Shown in pieces: positions 1 to 11,571 of a stretch of 64,000 bases of DNA. The notes under the pieces were generated by a model. That model saw nothing but the letters and a program-made list of their open reading frames with translations. It was not told the origin of the DNA and did no database searches. Position 1 is the stretch's first letter. Each line of letters starts with the position of its first letter. A program made the translations under genes and the position numbers. Source of the stretch: the human T2T-CHM13v2.0 reference genome, Homo sapiens; the NCBI RefSeq assembly GCF_009914755.1, contig NC_060925.1; one strand, given 5' to 3'.

Positions 1-317
1 TCCACAGTGAGCCACAGTTACTGCTAAGAATGTCACTTCCCTAAGATGTGTTAGGCCACCCAAGAAAAAAGGTTCAGAATCATCTCTGCTTCAGGGAGGC
101 TCATAATAAATTGACTAATTGGAAGTCCTGAAAGTGTTGGAGTTGCAATGCATTCAGTAGTTATTAAATAAGTGGAAAGAAGCATGCCTGAAGTATCTCA
201 GAGCCCGATTGAGATACCAACTGATACAGCAGCATCAGAAGATGATTATAATTTTGATGTGGACAGTGAAGGGGTTGGTGAAGCTAGACTAGAAACAATG
301 GAGAGTGCTGACCCTGA

Positions 318-520
318 TAACAGAATCTTAGCATTGGAGGGCAACTTAATGGCCATCCAGTTCTATGTCTCAAGGCAAAACTTGACTTCTACCATATTGT
401 TCACAGATGTCATCCAACCTTTGCTTGAATACTCCAGTGATTAATAGCTAGTGAATTCAAAAGGTGATCTATTGCATTATTGAAAAGATTTAACTGGAAA
501 GTCCTTTTTACAATCAACTT
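318..520 (-). mobile_element. L3/CR1 LINE fragment
   Basis: agaatcttagcattggaggg...gtcatccaacctttgcttgaatactccagtga resembles the CR1/L3 3' end. Confidence 0.55.
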
Positions 521-532
521 AATATGATTGTA

Positions 533-690
533 TCTTTTTTTAATTATTATACTTTAAGTTCTAGGGTACATGTGCACAATGTGCAGGTTTGTTACATAGG
601 TATACATGTGCCATGTTGGTTTGCTACACCCATCAACTTGTCATTTACATTAGGCATTTCTCCTAATGCTATCCCTCCCCCAGCCCCCTA
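533..690 (-). mobile_element. L1PA 3' end fragment
   Basis: ttattatactttaagttctagggtacatgtgcacaatgtgcagg... is the antisense L1PA 3'UTR. Confidence 0.9.
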
Positions 691-1089
691 CTCTAATTAT
701 TACCATATACCATTTATATAGCATTTTACTATATTTATTTTAAGAGATTTCATATGATCAGTGTTGATTGATAGTCATAAAATGATATGAATCACTTGAA
801 ATAATACTATCTGAGCATTTGTAAATCTGCTCTGAGAGGCTACATATAGTTGTACAAGGTTTCACAATTCCTAGGTAGAATACCTGGACTTGAAGACAAG
901 ACTATTAGACTCTGAGTCCAGATCTCCTTTAAATTGTTATATATTCAATCAGTAGGGATTTACTGAGCTCCTAGTATCTACTGGTTACTATGTTAAAAGT
1001 GCTGAAGCACTAATGGTGAACAAGACATAGACATTCTTGGTTCCTCTAGAGCTAATAATCTGGTAATTGCCTACATATGAGTTGTACTT

Positions 1090-1660
1090 TTAGCTTTTGG
1101 TATAGCACAGAGTAATAAGTAAATTCCTTCCCCTGTGCATTAATCATTCAGTTATCACATTGCTTCATGGGTGCCTCTTCTCTAGACAAAATATGTCCTT
1201 TTTCTTCAACATAGGAGCTATTACTTTTCTCTGGACACCCTTAATTTCGTCAGCATCTTTCTTAAGGAGTGGCATTCTGAATTAGACACCCAGGCTCCCA
1301 GTATGATCTGGTGGGTGTGTAGTGCTCAGAGACTGTGGCCTCAGAAGACTTGAAGGTTGAATTACTAGGAGTGCAACCTGGACTCATCACAGCTATTTTG
1401 ATTTCTCATGGCAGTGTTCATTTTTATGGTTCGTAAAATCACAAGACCTTCTTTCTGTGAATTGTGACCAAGTCAGATCTCTCCCATACTGTACTCAAAC
1501 ATTGGAAACATTTAAATGCTGACCTTTAATGCATTCCTATTAAATTTTACTTCGTCATCTGGAATATTATTACATACCTTGAGGTCTTCTTTATCTTGCT
1601 TCTCTCATCTCTAAGGTTGTCTTTCCCAGTTTTGCATTATTAATAGGTTAGATAATCACG
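1090..1660 (-). mobile_element. L3/CR1 LINE fragment
   Basis: Degenerate CR1-like motifs (tttctctggacac...catctttcttaaggagtggcattctgaattagacac). Confidence 0.5.
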
Positions 1661-1663
1661 TGC

Positions 1664-2011
1664 TGTATTAGTTTGTTTTCACACGCTGATAAAGACATAC
1701 CCAAAACCAGGAAGAAAAAGAGGTTTAATGGACTTATAGTTCCACCTGGCTGGGGAAGCCTCACAGTCATGGTGGAAGGCAAGGAGGAGCAAGTCACGTC
1801 TTACATGGATGGTGGCAGGCAAAGAGAGAGAGCTTCTGTATGGGGAACTGCTCTTTTTAAAACCGTCAGCTCTTGTGAGACTTACTCACGATCATGAGAA
1901 CAGCACGGGAAAGATTTGCCTCCATGATTCAGTTACCTCCCACAGGGTCCCTCCCACAACACATGGGAATTCAAAATGATATTTCAGTGGGGACAAGGCC
2001 AAACCATATTA
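1664..2011 (-). mobile_element. THE1 (MaLR) solo LTR
   Basis: tgtattagt...gctgataaagacatacc...ggggacaaggccaaaccatatta; 5-bp TSD cgtgc/tgtgc. Confidence 0.9.
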
Positions 2012-2586
2012 TGTGCTTTATGCTACTAATAAAAAGGTTAAACCGAACAAGTTCAAAGACAAAACTCAGTAGTACTTTATTCAGACAGGTTAGTCTAAAT
2101 CTGTTAACCTTATACTTGCAACTCTGATCATTCATTAATTCTGCAAATTTTAATAAATGCTTTATTTTAAGCTAAATGCTGAGATGAAAAAATGAAACCA
2201 TATGAGTTAGCAAAGTAGAAAATATAGGCATATTAACCAGTAAATGCAGAATGATAAATGCTCCATCAATATGCACTTGTTGTAGTGAGGCCACCGAGGA
2301 GGGTGCAATCCTCTCAACCTGGGAGGAGCAGGTAGGACTTCAGATGTCATCCAACTCAAAGATATAGTGAGGGACTTGATCAAACATTTGCCAAGACCAC
2401 TATGAGTTAAATGAATAGATTAGGCATTTCTCCAATGTTGCAAGCTTCGAATCATATCCAAACTCAGAACAACATAGCTTGGTCATAATGATCCCAAGGA
2501 TCCTATTGGCCATTGTCTTTGAGCCTCAAAGGAACATATTAAAACTCCATAATACCCTTTTGATCTATTCTGAAGTTAAGTAGTGA

Positions 2587-2594
2587 ATTTACAT
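2587..2594. promoter_or_regulatory. Octamer-like (POU) site, distal
   Basis: ATTTACAT at about -1550; upstream octamers are described as VCAM1 silencers. Confidence 0.55.
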
Positions 2595-2958
2595 GATGAT
2601 GACACAAACACTGTAAAGGACCTCTGGGTTACTTGTTTATAAGCTAGTATTTCCTGAATCAATTTTTCTGATCCCTAGATATTTGGTAGGTGAAGTCATA
2701 CCTATATATCCCCACACCCTAGAACAGCATCTCCAACTTATTTTTCCCTCCTTGTCTTTTAGTGGGAGCCACATCAGTATCCAAGAGGAGATCCAGAAGC
2801 CTCTCCAACCAGGTAGGGACAGTTATAGATTCCAGACCTCAGCTATGGCCTTTGTTACAGAGTACAAATGTTATATAGTACAAGTTTATTGTACACATCC
2901 CATTGAGTCTCTGAGCTTTAGAATTTTCTTGTAGAATTTAACAGTTTTTTCATGCCGT

Positions 2959-2966
2959 ATTTACAT
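2959..2966. promoter_or_regulatory. Octamer-like (POU) site
   Basis: ATTTACAT at about -1180. Confidence 0.55.
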
Positions 2967-3643
2967 ATTATTGCTAGTATTTAGAATTTTCTTCTCCAAA
3001 TGTATAACGTTTATTATTGCATTTTTTGTATCCACTAAGTGGAAAATCATGCATTAGATATTGTAGAAGTAGATACAACAATGAACAAGAACTGGTCCTG
3101 ACCATGAGAGGAACTGATGATCCAATGGGGGAGATAGACCTGCACGTGTTTAATAAAAGGAAGTGGCTATTCCGGTTTCTTTTTGATGGGCAAGCATTTT
3201 GCAAGGCCTTGGGCTATGTGTGTGCAAGGCTAAGCCAGTTAGTTAATTGGGATTTTTTTAAAAAGGCACTTCACTGGGGGGAAAAGGAACATAGAGTTGG
3301 TTATTGTCCCCTTGCCTATAATAAAAACCTATTATTTTTAATTTTTTAACTGGGTTTGCGGTTAAATCTCACAGCCCAAGAGATTTGCCACTTCAGATGG
3401 ATTCCATACACTTGCATTTAAGTATGCAAAAAAATTCCAATTATCCAGCAATTTAACCAAATTATTGGTAACTTTTCTAAAACAAAAAAAAATTGTTTCC
3501 CTTGTTTTGGCAGCAATTTCAGTTACAGTCCTTTACTTTCTACTCAAGAAAATAGTTTCAAAAAGTTGATGTTTGTTGCTAAAAGAACTATTTTTATGAA
3601 TAAATATAAAACTAAGAAGTTATGGTGTCCCTTTTTTAAAAAA

Positions 3644-3650
3644 TGACTCA
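3644..3650 (+). promoter_or_regulatory. AP-1 site
   Basis: Perfect TGACTCA at about -495. Confidence 0.65.
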
Positions 3651-3878
3651 TCAAAAGAAATAACTTTTTCCTTTCTCTTGTAAGAGAAAAAAATTAATCT
3701 CTTTTAGAATTGCAAACATATTTCCTTGATGGAGAAAATCAATTCACATGGCATAGTCGTTATTTATCCAGTTCAAAAACCAGAGTAGAATTTACTACTC
3801 TGTCTCCATTTTTTCTCTCCCCACCCCCTTAACCCACATTGGATTCAGAAAGCTTCATTCTGCAATCAGCATTGTCCT

Positions 3879-3899
3879 TTATCTTTCCAGTAAAGATAG
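3879..3899. promoter_or_regulatory. Paired, oppositely oriented GATA sites
   Basis: TTATCT at 3879-3884 and AGATAG at 3894-3899, about -260/-245. Confidence 0.8.
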
Positions 3900-4061
3900 C
3901 CTTTTGGAGTCGAAGATGAGGAAAAGCCTGTATTTTATAGTCTTGGAAGTGTCTTCTTTTGCCAGGACAGAGAGAGGAGCTTCAGCAGTGAGAGCAACTG
4001 AAGGGGTTAATAGTGGAACTTGGCTGGGTGTCTGTTAAACTTTTTTCCCTGGCTCTGCCCT

Positions 4062-4086
4062 GGGTTTCCCCTTGAAGGGATTTCCC
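4062..4086 (+). promoter_or_regulatory. Tandem NF-kB sites of the VCAM1 promoter
   Basis: GGGTTTCCCC at 4062-4071 and GGGATTTCCC at 4077-4086; established cytokine-response elements. Confidence 0.95.
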
Positions 4087-4109
4087 TCCGCCTCTGCAAC
4101 AAGACCCTT

Positions 4110-4115
4110 TATAAA
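4110..4115 (+). promoter_or_regulatory. TATA box
   Basis: TATAAA ~145 nt upstream of the ATG, just downstream of the kB pair. Confidence 0.9.
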
Positions 4116-4121
4116 GCACAG

Positions 4122-4137
4122 ACTTTCTATTTCACTC
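4122..4137 (-). promoter_or_regulatory. IRF-1/ISRE-like site between TATA and TSS
   Basis: ACTTTCTATTTCACT (reverse AGTGAAATAGAAAGT, GAAA-N2-GAAA). Confidence 0.85.
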
Positions 4138-4257
4138 CGCGGTATCTGCATCGGGCCTCACTGGCTTCAGGAGCTGAATACCCTCCCAGGCACACACAGG
4201 TGGGACACAAATAAGGGTTTTGGAACCACTATTTTCTCATCACGACAGCAACTTAAA

Positions 4258-4321
4258 ATGCCTGGGAAGATGGTCGTGATCCTTGGAGCCTCAAATATAC
4301 TTTGGATAATGTTTGCAGCTT
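4258..4321 (+). CDS. VCAM1: VCAM1 exon 1 coding part: signal peptide MPGKMVVILGASNILWIMFAA
   Basis: ATG at 4258 in context AAAATGC; donor T|GTAAGT at 4322; phase 1. Confidence 0.98.
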
Positions 4322-4872
4322 GTAAGTTATTTCCCTTCATCTGTTTCAAATGTTAGCATTCAATTTTAGCCCTGGTTTTGGCTTCAGTCAGTTTTGCGAT
4401 AGTAGTGAAGTAAAGACACTAGGATTTTAAACAGTAGGAAAAGTTAATTTAGTCTAACTTTTAATATGCAATTGAGTTTTGCTATATACCATTGTACTGT
4501 CATAGTTAGAGCTGAAAATTGATGTTTTTGGTATCTTTTTTTCCAAAGGCAATTGAGTAATTTGGATTCTGTCTCTAGTCGGTCTGTCTCTTTAGTTTCC
4601 TATACTTGACAATGAGGTCAAACTTAGCAAATAACAAAACAGCTTTGATAAATGGGCATCAAGGTTGGAACTGAGAATTCTCTCTACTGAAGATGATTCC
4701 ATAAACTTTTTTGGCAGTGACTTCGGTGCTTTTTGGCTACCTTGCAGTTAGTTTGAAGCAGCTTAGGAAAGAGATCAGTCTGATCATATTTTAGACATTA
4801 TACAGAGAAGAAGGAGGAGAATACTAGACAAACTAGTGGTAAATTTGCTTCTGTCTTTTTTTGCTTTTGCAG

Positions 4873-5148
4873 CTCAAGCTTTTAAAATCGAGACCACCCC
4901 AGAATCTAGATATCTTGCTCAGATTGGTGACTCCGTCTCATTGACTTGCAGCACCACAGGCTGTGAGTCCCCATTTTTCTCTTGGAGAACCCAGATAGAT
5001 AGTCCACTGAATGGGAAGGTGACGAATGAGGGGACCACATCTACGCTGACAATGAATCCTGTTAGTTTTGGGAACGAACACTCTTACCTGTGCACAGCAA
5101 CTTGTGAATCTAGGAAATTGGAAAAAGGAATCCAGGTGGAGATCTACT
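4873..5148 (+). CDS. VCAM1: VCAM1 exon 2: Ig domain 1 (QIDSPL integrin-binding loop)
   Basis: Acceptor ttttgcag|CT, donor T|GTGAGT, 276 nt; translation [19 protein letters not shown]...GIQVEIY. Confidence 0.98.
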
Positions 5149-6939
5149 GTGAGTGCTTTAGAAAATCTTTGTTTTTCTCTCAATTTTACTTTAAAATCAC
5201 TTTTTAAAAATGATATTTTAAAAAAAGTTTTAAAATGGATATTCATGTACAGATTCTTGGCTAAAGAACATACAACATCAGGAAAGCTAGGGACAGCTAA
5301 GGCCAACATGAGAGAGAGCAGGAATCCAAATCTTGGCTTCTATTTCTACCTCTGCCACAAACACAGTGACCATGTATAAGACTCAACCTCTCTGGGCTCT
5401 GGTTTCCTTAGCTGTAAAATGATCATTTCTAAGTTTCTTTTTGTTTTATTAAAAAATATTTCCATTTGATTACATCCTTACATGTTTACTTGCTTATGTG
5501 TCTGATTGATTTATGAATTCCATCCTTCAGGGATTTTCTATTCATTTATTCTTATGCAATTTGATGCTTAAAATTAGTTTAAACATTAAGTAGATCTATA
5601 ATTAGTAATATGTATTAGTATAAAAGTGTTCTTCTTAGACATAATTGTTAATATCTGGAAACATTTCAATCATTTGACTTTGGTGTTGACACATTTAGGA
5701 TTTTTTTTTGGTTTTTTTGGTGCCATGAAGCCTTGGTGCTCAACCGCTCAACTTCAAAGATATTTATATAATGAACTAGATTTGCCTCATGAAAGTGAGT
5801 GGATGTCCCTAGTTTACCAGCCTGACAAAATGCATCCCACTCCATTCTCCATTCAGCAAACAAAGTTAGCAAGAGGAGTAAAAAACTAACCAGACATAAA
5901 TCATTTGCCTTTTGTTACTGATGGCCTCTCTTTCTAAAAAACTGAACCCATTTACGGTCATGTCTTCATGAAGACCTCATTTGATTATAATTACTTTGGT
6001 TTCGTTTTATTGTACCGGAGCTCAACTTTTCCCAGTAACCTTAATTGATTCTGCAACAAGCCGCATGTGTTGCTCAAGCTTCCCAAGAAACTGTGCTTGG
6101 CCGGCTGCTTTCAATTATGCTGGTTGTATGTGCATAGTTTATGTCTGTGCAGCCTCCCGAGTTCCTTGAAAGCTTCCCTTATGTAAATACAGGGAAAAGT
6201 AGCAAGTTCTTATGTTACCTGACATCGAACTGTGTGGATTAGAGGAACATTTCTTACAGAATATGAGGGACAGAAATTATTGCTGGAAAAATGAAAAATA
6301 CCATGTTTCTTCACATAGGAAAGAATTTCCAGCTCCTTTGTCTTTTGCCCACTAGTACCAAATAGTTGAAGATTTAAGAAAGAGAAATGAAGACGCTTCT
6401 GGTTTTAATTATCTTGCCTGAGGTTTTTCTCCAAGAGTGTCTGTTTCTCATTATGTATAACAGTTCTGTCTCCTTTCCGCATTTGATTGTAATAGTGGTT
6501 AGAGTTGAGACCTTTGTATTCTTTTTGCTACACAGTTTTGAATCCACCAATATGTTACTTCATCATAATGCATAATGAAAAAGGTAACTCTTGCAAAGGA
6601 GGCAATGGCCACGTGAAGTAGTGTATTTCCTTGTACTAGAAGCTTCAATGGAACACTTGTTGGGATAGTGAGTTAGGCATTTCAGGAGGCAAATATGTGT
6701 TCCAGAACATAAAGATTGCACAAATGTATCTTTCTGGTGGATGAATTCCTGTCAGAGGCACCATTTTCAGAAGCTAATTACTTAAAGTTGGTCTTCTCAT
6801 TTCTTAGAATATCTTGACAATAACTATTCTTTGCAATGACATTCCAAGGCTTACAGTCATTATCTGTAAAATGGAAATATATCTGCCCTGACTATAATAA
6901 GAAAATGTGATGTAACATAATGTAAATCTGTAGTAGCAA

Positions 6940-7150
6940 AACACAATAATGGAAATCCTGAGTTTAAATCCCAGCTTTACCATTTACTAGGTGTGTGACC
7001 TTAGACAAGTTATGTAAATGTACTAAGTCCAGGTCTTCTTTTCTGTGAAATGTGATCTCTATCTCCTAGAGTTATTGTGAGGATAAAATGAAATCATTCA
7101 TGTTAAATCTATAGCACAGTGACAGCCACATGTAAGGTTCAATATAAACA
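6940..7150 (+). mobile_element. MIR SINE
   Basis: cctgagtttaaatcccagctttaccatttactaggtgtgtgaccttagacaagtt MIR core. Confidence 0.75.
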
Positions 7151-7416
7151 TTATTTTTTCTTCTTTCTTTTACTGTAATAACATGCAACTCTTAATATAT
7201 ACAGGATCAGAATTGAATAATGTTGTAAAAAATGTTTGCTTCCAATTCTTGTGCCTTGAACTCACCCCAAATCATGAAAGGCTATTCAAACAGTTCTGTC
7301 GTATTAAGACTGTATTAACAAAAACGCTAGACTTGATTTGTATTGTGTTAAAGTGGTAAGAGACCTTATATCACATTAGCAAAAAGCCCATCCATGTATT
7401 TGTTTGGCCTTTTCAG

Positions 7417-7737
7417 CTTTTCCTAAGGATCCAGAGATTCATTTGAGTGGCCCTCTGGAGGCTGGGAAGCCGATCACAGTCAAGTGTTCAGTTGCTGATG
7501 TATACCCATTTGACAGGCTGGAGATAGACTTACTGAAAGGAGATCATCTCATGAAGAGTCAGGAATTTCTGGAGGATGCAGACAGGAAGTCCCTGGAAAC
7601 CAAGAGTTTGGAAGTAACCTTTACTCCTGTCATTGAGGATATTGGAAAAGTTCTTGTTTGCCGAGCTAAATTACACATTGATGAAATGGATTCTGTGCCC
7701 ACAGTAAGGCAGGCTGTAAAAGAATTGCAAGTCTACA
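7417..7737 (+). CDS. VCAM1: VCAM1 exon 3: Ig domain 2
   Basis: Acceptor cttttcag|CT, donor A|GTAAGT, 321 nt; [14 protein letters not shown]...KELQVY. Confidence 0.98.
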
Positions 7738-7884
7738 GTAAGTACTTGTGCGATGTGTTCCAGTCTTTGTGGGAATCCCACCTTGGTTGTGTATAGCAAT
7801 AAACTTAGCAGAAAAGTAAAAAAAAAAAAAAACTTGTATATAGTTTGTATTCCATTTGTATTCATTCAGAACATAATGTTTGTC

Positions 7885-8090
7885 AATAGTATAATTCAGT
7901 GAAAAGAACACTGGATTTGGACTGAGAAGGCTTGAGCTTAATTTCTGGCTCTATTAACTGTGTGAGTTTGGGTTACTTAATTTCTCTATTTCCCAGTGTA
8001 TAAAAGGGGAATAGTAATACCACCTGATTGGGTAGTGGGAAATAGGCTCAAATGATAAAACATTTTAATATTGTTTTGTAAACTCTTATA
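7885..8090 (+). mobile_element. MIR SINE
   Basis: gaaaagaacactggatttggactgagaag...ctgtgtgagtttgggttacttaatttctct. Confidence 0.65.
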
Positions 8091-8299
8091 GTATGCCTTG
8101 AACTATTAGTTGCACAGGTACAGAAACTTGACAAGGTGATCACTTATTCTGTGTGTGTATGTGTGTGTGTGTATGCATATGCACATACATACATAGGTGC
8201 ACTGGACAGGGGAAAAATGACGGGGTTTGATTGCCTCCAATCTCCCTGATACTGCCAGGGGATTTGTGGGAGTCTTGTAGTCCCAGCGTTGTGTAGGAG

Positions 8300-8800
8300 T
8301 GGCCTCACTGTGCTCTGTTCTGGACTAAAATGCTATGTTCTGCACTGGGTACCACATTTAAAGGGAGTATTGCCAACTACGGCATGTTTAGCTGAAAGAG
8401 AATGAGCTGGGAAGGCTTTTAACAATATTTTGAGAAGAATAGTCAAGATAGAGGATATTTTTCTGAAGAGAAAACAAAACCTGGCTGGAAAAGACATCTA
8501 ATTAAGCATTTGAAAGACAGTTATATGAAAGAGTGATTTACCTTATTCTGTAACAGCACAGGGCTGAATTATGGCCAATATGTTTAAAATAGTATAGAGA
8601 GAAGATTTCAGCTCAATAGGGAGAAATGTGCTAATATGTAGAGCTGTCCAAAAATCAAATTGACTCTTTTGGAAAGCAGTGGGTTGATTCTCTCAGTAAA
8701 TGTTGAAGCTGACTTGAATGGGCACTTGGCAAGAATGCTTAAATGGGACTCTTACCCTTAAGTGGGAGGTTAAGCCACATGGTTTTTCTTAATTTCTGAG
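8300..8800 (+). mobile_element. L3/CR1 LINE fragment in intron 3
   Basis: CR1 3' motifs (ctgggtaccacatttaaagggag, agatttcagctcaata, agagctgtccaaaaat). Confidence 0.6.
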
Positions 8801-9021
8801 TATCTACAACCATCTGAAAAATATGAAACATCAACTAAACTTGATCAGTTTAGTCAGAAACTGGATAGACTATTTTGAATGATTCAGCAGTTCTTTATAC
8901 TAATTTGGCAGAGTAATTTCATCAAATTGGTGGAAGCACATAAATACTAAGAGAAATACATTACCTCTGTTGCACTGGGATGATGCTTAGCAATTGCTAA
9001 TATTATTTTTTGCCCTTTCAG

Positions 9022-9288
9022 TATCACCCAAGAATACAGTTATTTCTGTGAATCCATCCACAAAGCTGCAAGAAGGTGGCTCTGTGACCATGACCTGTTC
9101 CAGCGAGGGTCTACCAGCTCCAGAGATTTTCTGGAGTAAGAAATTAGATAATGGGAATCTACAGCACCTTTCTGGAAATGCAACTCTCACCTTAATTGCT
9201 ATGAGGATGGAAGATTCTGGAATTTATGTGTGTGAAGGAGTTAATTTGATTGGGAAAAACAGAAAAGAGGTGGAATTAATTGTTCAAG
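9022..9288 (+). CDS. VCAM1: VCAM1 exon 4: Ig domain 3
   Basis: Acceptor cctttcag|TA, donor G|GTGAGT, 267 nt; [12 protein letters not shown]...EVELIVQ. Confidence 0.98.
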
Positions 9289-9329
9289 GTGAGTAGAATG
9301 TGAAAAAGGAATGATAAAGGTGCTGTCAG

Positions 9330-9790
9330 TGGGATTTGAGCAATAGTCAACACAGCTTCAATGCTGAAATTGCTTCCCTTAGTTTCACTGATGACCTATC
9401 TGATTGCCATATCCTTTAGCACAAATATATGTTTATCTTACTAGTACTCTGTGGAAGTCTTCCCTCCCAGAGTTTCCATGGCTCTGCTTTTCTGATTCTT
9501 TTTCATCTCATATCACTTTTTCTCTGCTTCATTCCCTCACTTTCTCTCTTCCTCCTTCCCCTTGGATATTGGTATTTTCAAGTTTACACCCCTGGGTCCT
9601 CTTCTGTTCTCACACTAGATTCCCAGGAATTGGACTACAATATGTTGATTACTCCCAAATTCATGTTCCAATTCCATGCTGTTAAATCCTGTCAGTTCTA
9701 CCTCAAACTGCTCCCTGGAATATGACCTCTTCTTCACCCCACTTGCCATTGCCTTAGTTTATCATCTCTCACTTGGGCTCCTGCAAGATA
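9330..9790 (-). mobile_element. L2 LINE fragment
   Basis: Pyrimidine-rich L2-like text (aaatcctgtcagttctacctc, tcatctctcacttgg). Confidence 0.5.
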
Positions 9791-9896
9791 TTCTTACATA
9801 ACAGCATTCGCTAAACACCAGATAGGTTTCTGGCACTTTCCATATGCCATCCTCAAGAAATAACTAAAAAGTAAGTATTTTGTATTCATTTTACAG

Positions 9897-10026
9897 ATGA
9901 GAGAGTGGAATCTCCCAGAGATTAATAATGACACCACCTATTGATTGTACACCTAATATTTCCCAGGAATTCTGTATTCTGCTTTATATATTTTATCTCA
10001 TTAATCTTTACCACAACACTATTAAA
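9897..10026 (+). pseudogene. Probable decayed counterpart of the rodent VCAM-1 GPI-anchor alternative exon, built from MIR sequence
   Basis: Acceptor cattttacag|AT; the phase-1 frame reads DERVESPRD***HHLLIVHLIFPRNSVFCFIYFISLIF, resembling the mouse GPI-isoform tail as I recall it. Confidence 0.6.
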
Positions 10027-10171
10027 AACCCAGGCTCAGCATAGTTCATACTTTTCCTGGGGCTAAATAGCTCTTTAGTTGCATTTACTATGATTTTGAT
10101 GCAGGTTCATTTTAATGAAAACCCCTTTGCCTTTTTAATTTTATAGCTAATTGTCTTTATTATTTCTTTTT

Positions 10172-10670
10172 TAAAATATTTTTAATTGATAAATCATGAT
10201 TGTATACATTTATAGATTACAATGTGATGTTTGGTATAGGTATACAATGTAGAATGATTAAGTCAAGTCAACAAATCCATTGCCTCACTTGCTCTTTTGT
10301 GGTGATACATTTGAAATTCACTTTCTTAGCTATTTTTAAATATACAATATATTATCATTAACTATAGTCATCATGATGTACAATAGATCTAAACAACTTA
10401 CTCTCCTGTCTAACTGAACCTTTGTATCCATTGACCAACATCTCCTTGTTCCCTTCCACTCCTCGCCCCAGCCTCTGGTAACCACCATTCTACTCTCTAC
10501 TTCTATGACTTTAGAAGTAGATCCCACATATAAGTGAGATCAGGAGGTACTGGCTTCTCTGTGCCTGGCTTGTTTCACTTAGCATAGTGTCCTCTGGGTT
10601 CATCCCTTTTGTTGCAAATGACAGAATTTCCTCTTTTGTTTTTTAAGGCTGAATAATATTTCACATATTT
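10172..10670 (-). mobile_element. L1MA 3' end fragment
   Basis: cagcctctggtaaccaccattctactctctacttctatg...cccacatataagtgagatc. Confidence 0.85.
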
Positions 10671-10689
10671 TATGGCTAATTATCTTTAA

Positions 10690-11080
10690 ATAGTCTCCCT
10701 GCTAAGATTCTGTCCCTAATATAATCAATCTTATGCACTGCTCCCAGGGTTTATTACCTTAAACAAAAAGGTGCTCATTTTCTATAACTTCCATCACATT
10801 TCTTAAAACTGTCACACAGAACTCTTTATGATCTGGTCAGAAACTACCTTTGCAGATCTGTTGATGACTCAGTGCCTCTGCTTACGCTGTTCCTTCTGCC
10901 TGAAATGGCCTTTCTCCTTCCTTCATCTGGCAAAATCTTAGCCATTCTCCAATATGAAGCTCATGTCAGCCTCCCAGTTCCAGACTGTGTCAGACCAAAC
11001 TACATATTCTTTCTTTCGTGTACACTCAACACTCCTTATAGTCATGTATGCTATTCTGTTCAGTTCAACAAATATTAAGA
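10690..11080 (-). mobile_element. L2 LINE fragment
   Basis: gctgttccttctgcctgaaatgg...gctcatgtcagcctc L2 3' region. Confidence 0.5.
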
Positions 11081-11278
11081 GCCCTTGTCCAAGAATCCAA
11101 GAATTGTACTTGGTACTGGGGGTACAGATATGAAAAAGATATGACAACTGCCCTAGGGGAGCATACAAACTAGGAAGGAAGGACAGGCATATAAATAGGT
11201 AACGCAAATATTCCTTAGTAAGAGCCAAAATAATATATCTTTTTAAATGTGTCTTTCCACTAAACTGTAAATTCCTGC

Positions 11279-11411
11279 TCCGGGCACAATGGCTCAAGCC
11301 TATAATCCCAGCACTTTGGGAGGCTTAGGTGGAAGGATTGCTTGAGGCCAGGAGTACAAGACCAGCCTCGGCAATATAGTGAGACCTCCTGTTTCTATTT
11401 AATTTTTAAAA
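11279..11411 (+). mobile_element. FLAM / free left Alu monomer
   Basis: cgggcacaatggctcaagcctataatcccagcactttgggagg...; degenerate TSD aaactgtaaattcct/aatctgtaaactcct. Confidence 0.85.
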
Positions 11412-11438
11412 AATCTGTAAACTCCTTAAAATCAGGAA

Positions 11439-11441
<3 letters not shown>

Positions 11442-11475
<34 letters not shown>
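11442..11475 (+). repeat. (TG)17 microsatellite
   Basis: Perfect dinucleotide run. Confidence 0.95.
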
Positions 11476-11479
<4 letters not shown>

Positions 11480-11571
11480 TTTGGATTCTTAGCACAGTAC
11501 CTAACACATAATAAATGTTCAGTAAATATTTGCTGAATTAATGAATAGATTATAAACATGGGCAGCATAGT

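Noticed and set aside
172-444. 90-aa acidic ORF upstream of VCAM1
   Set aside because: It has a non-ATG start in the track, its 3' half runs into an L3/CR1 fragment, and I see no recognisable domain or splice structure.
4938-5309. Antisense ORFs overlapping VCAM1 exons (also 8987, 15532, 16749, 22480)
   Set aside because: Shadow ORFs of the coding strand; no independent evidence.
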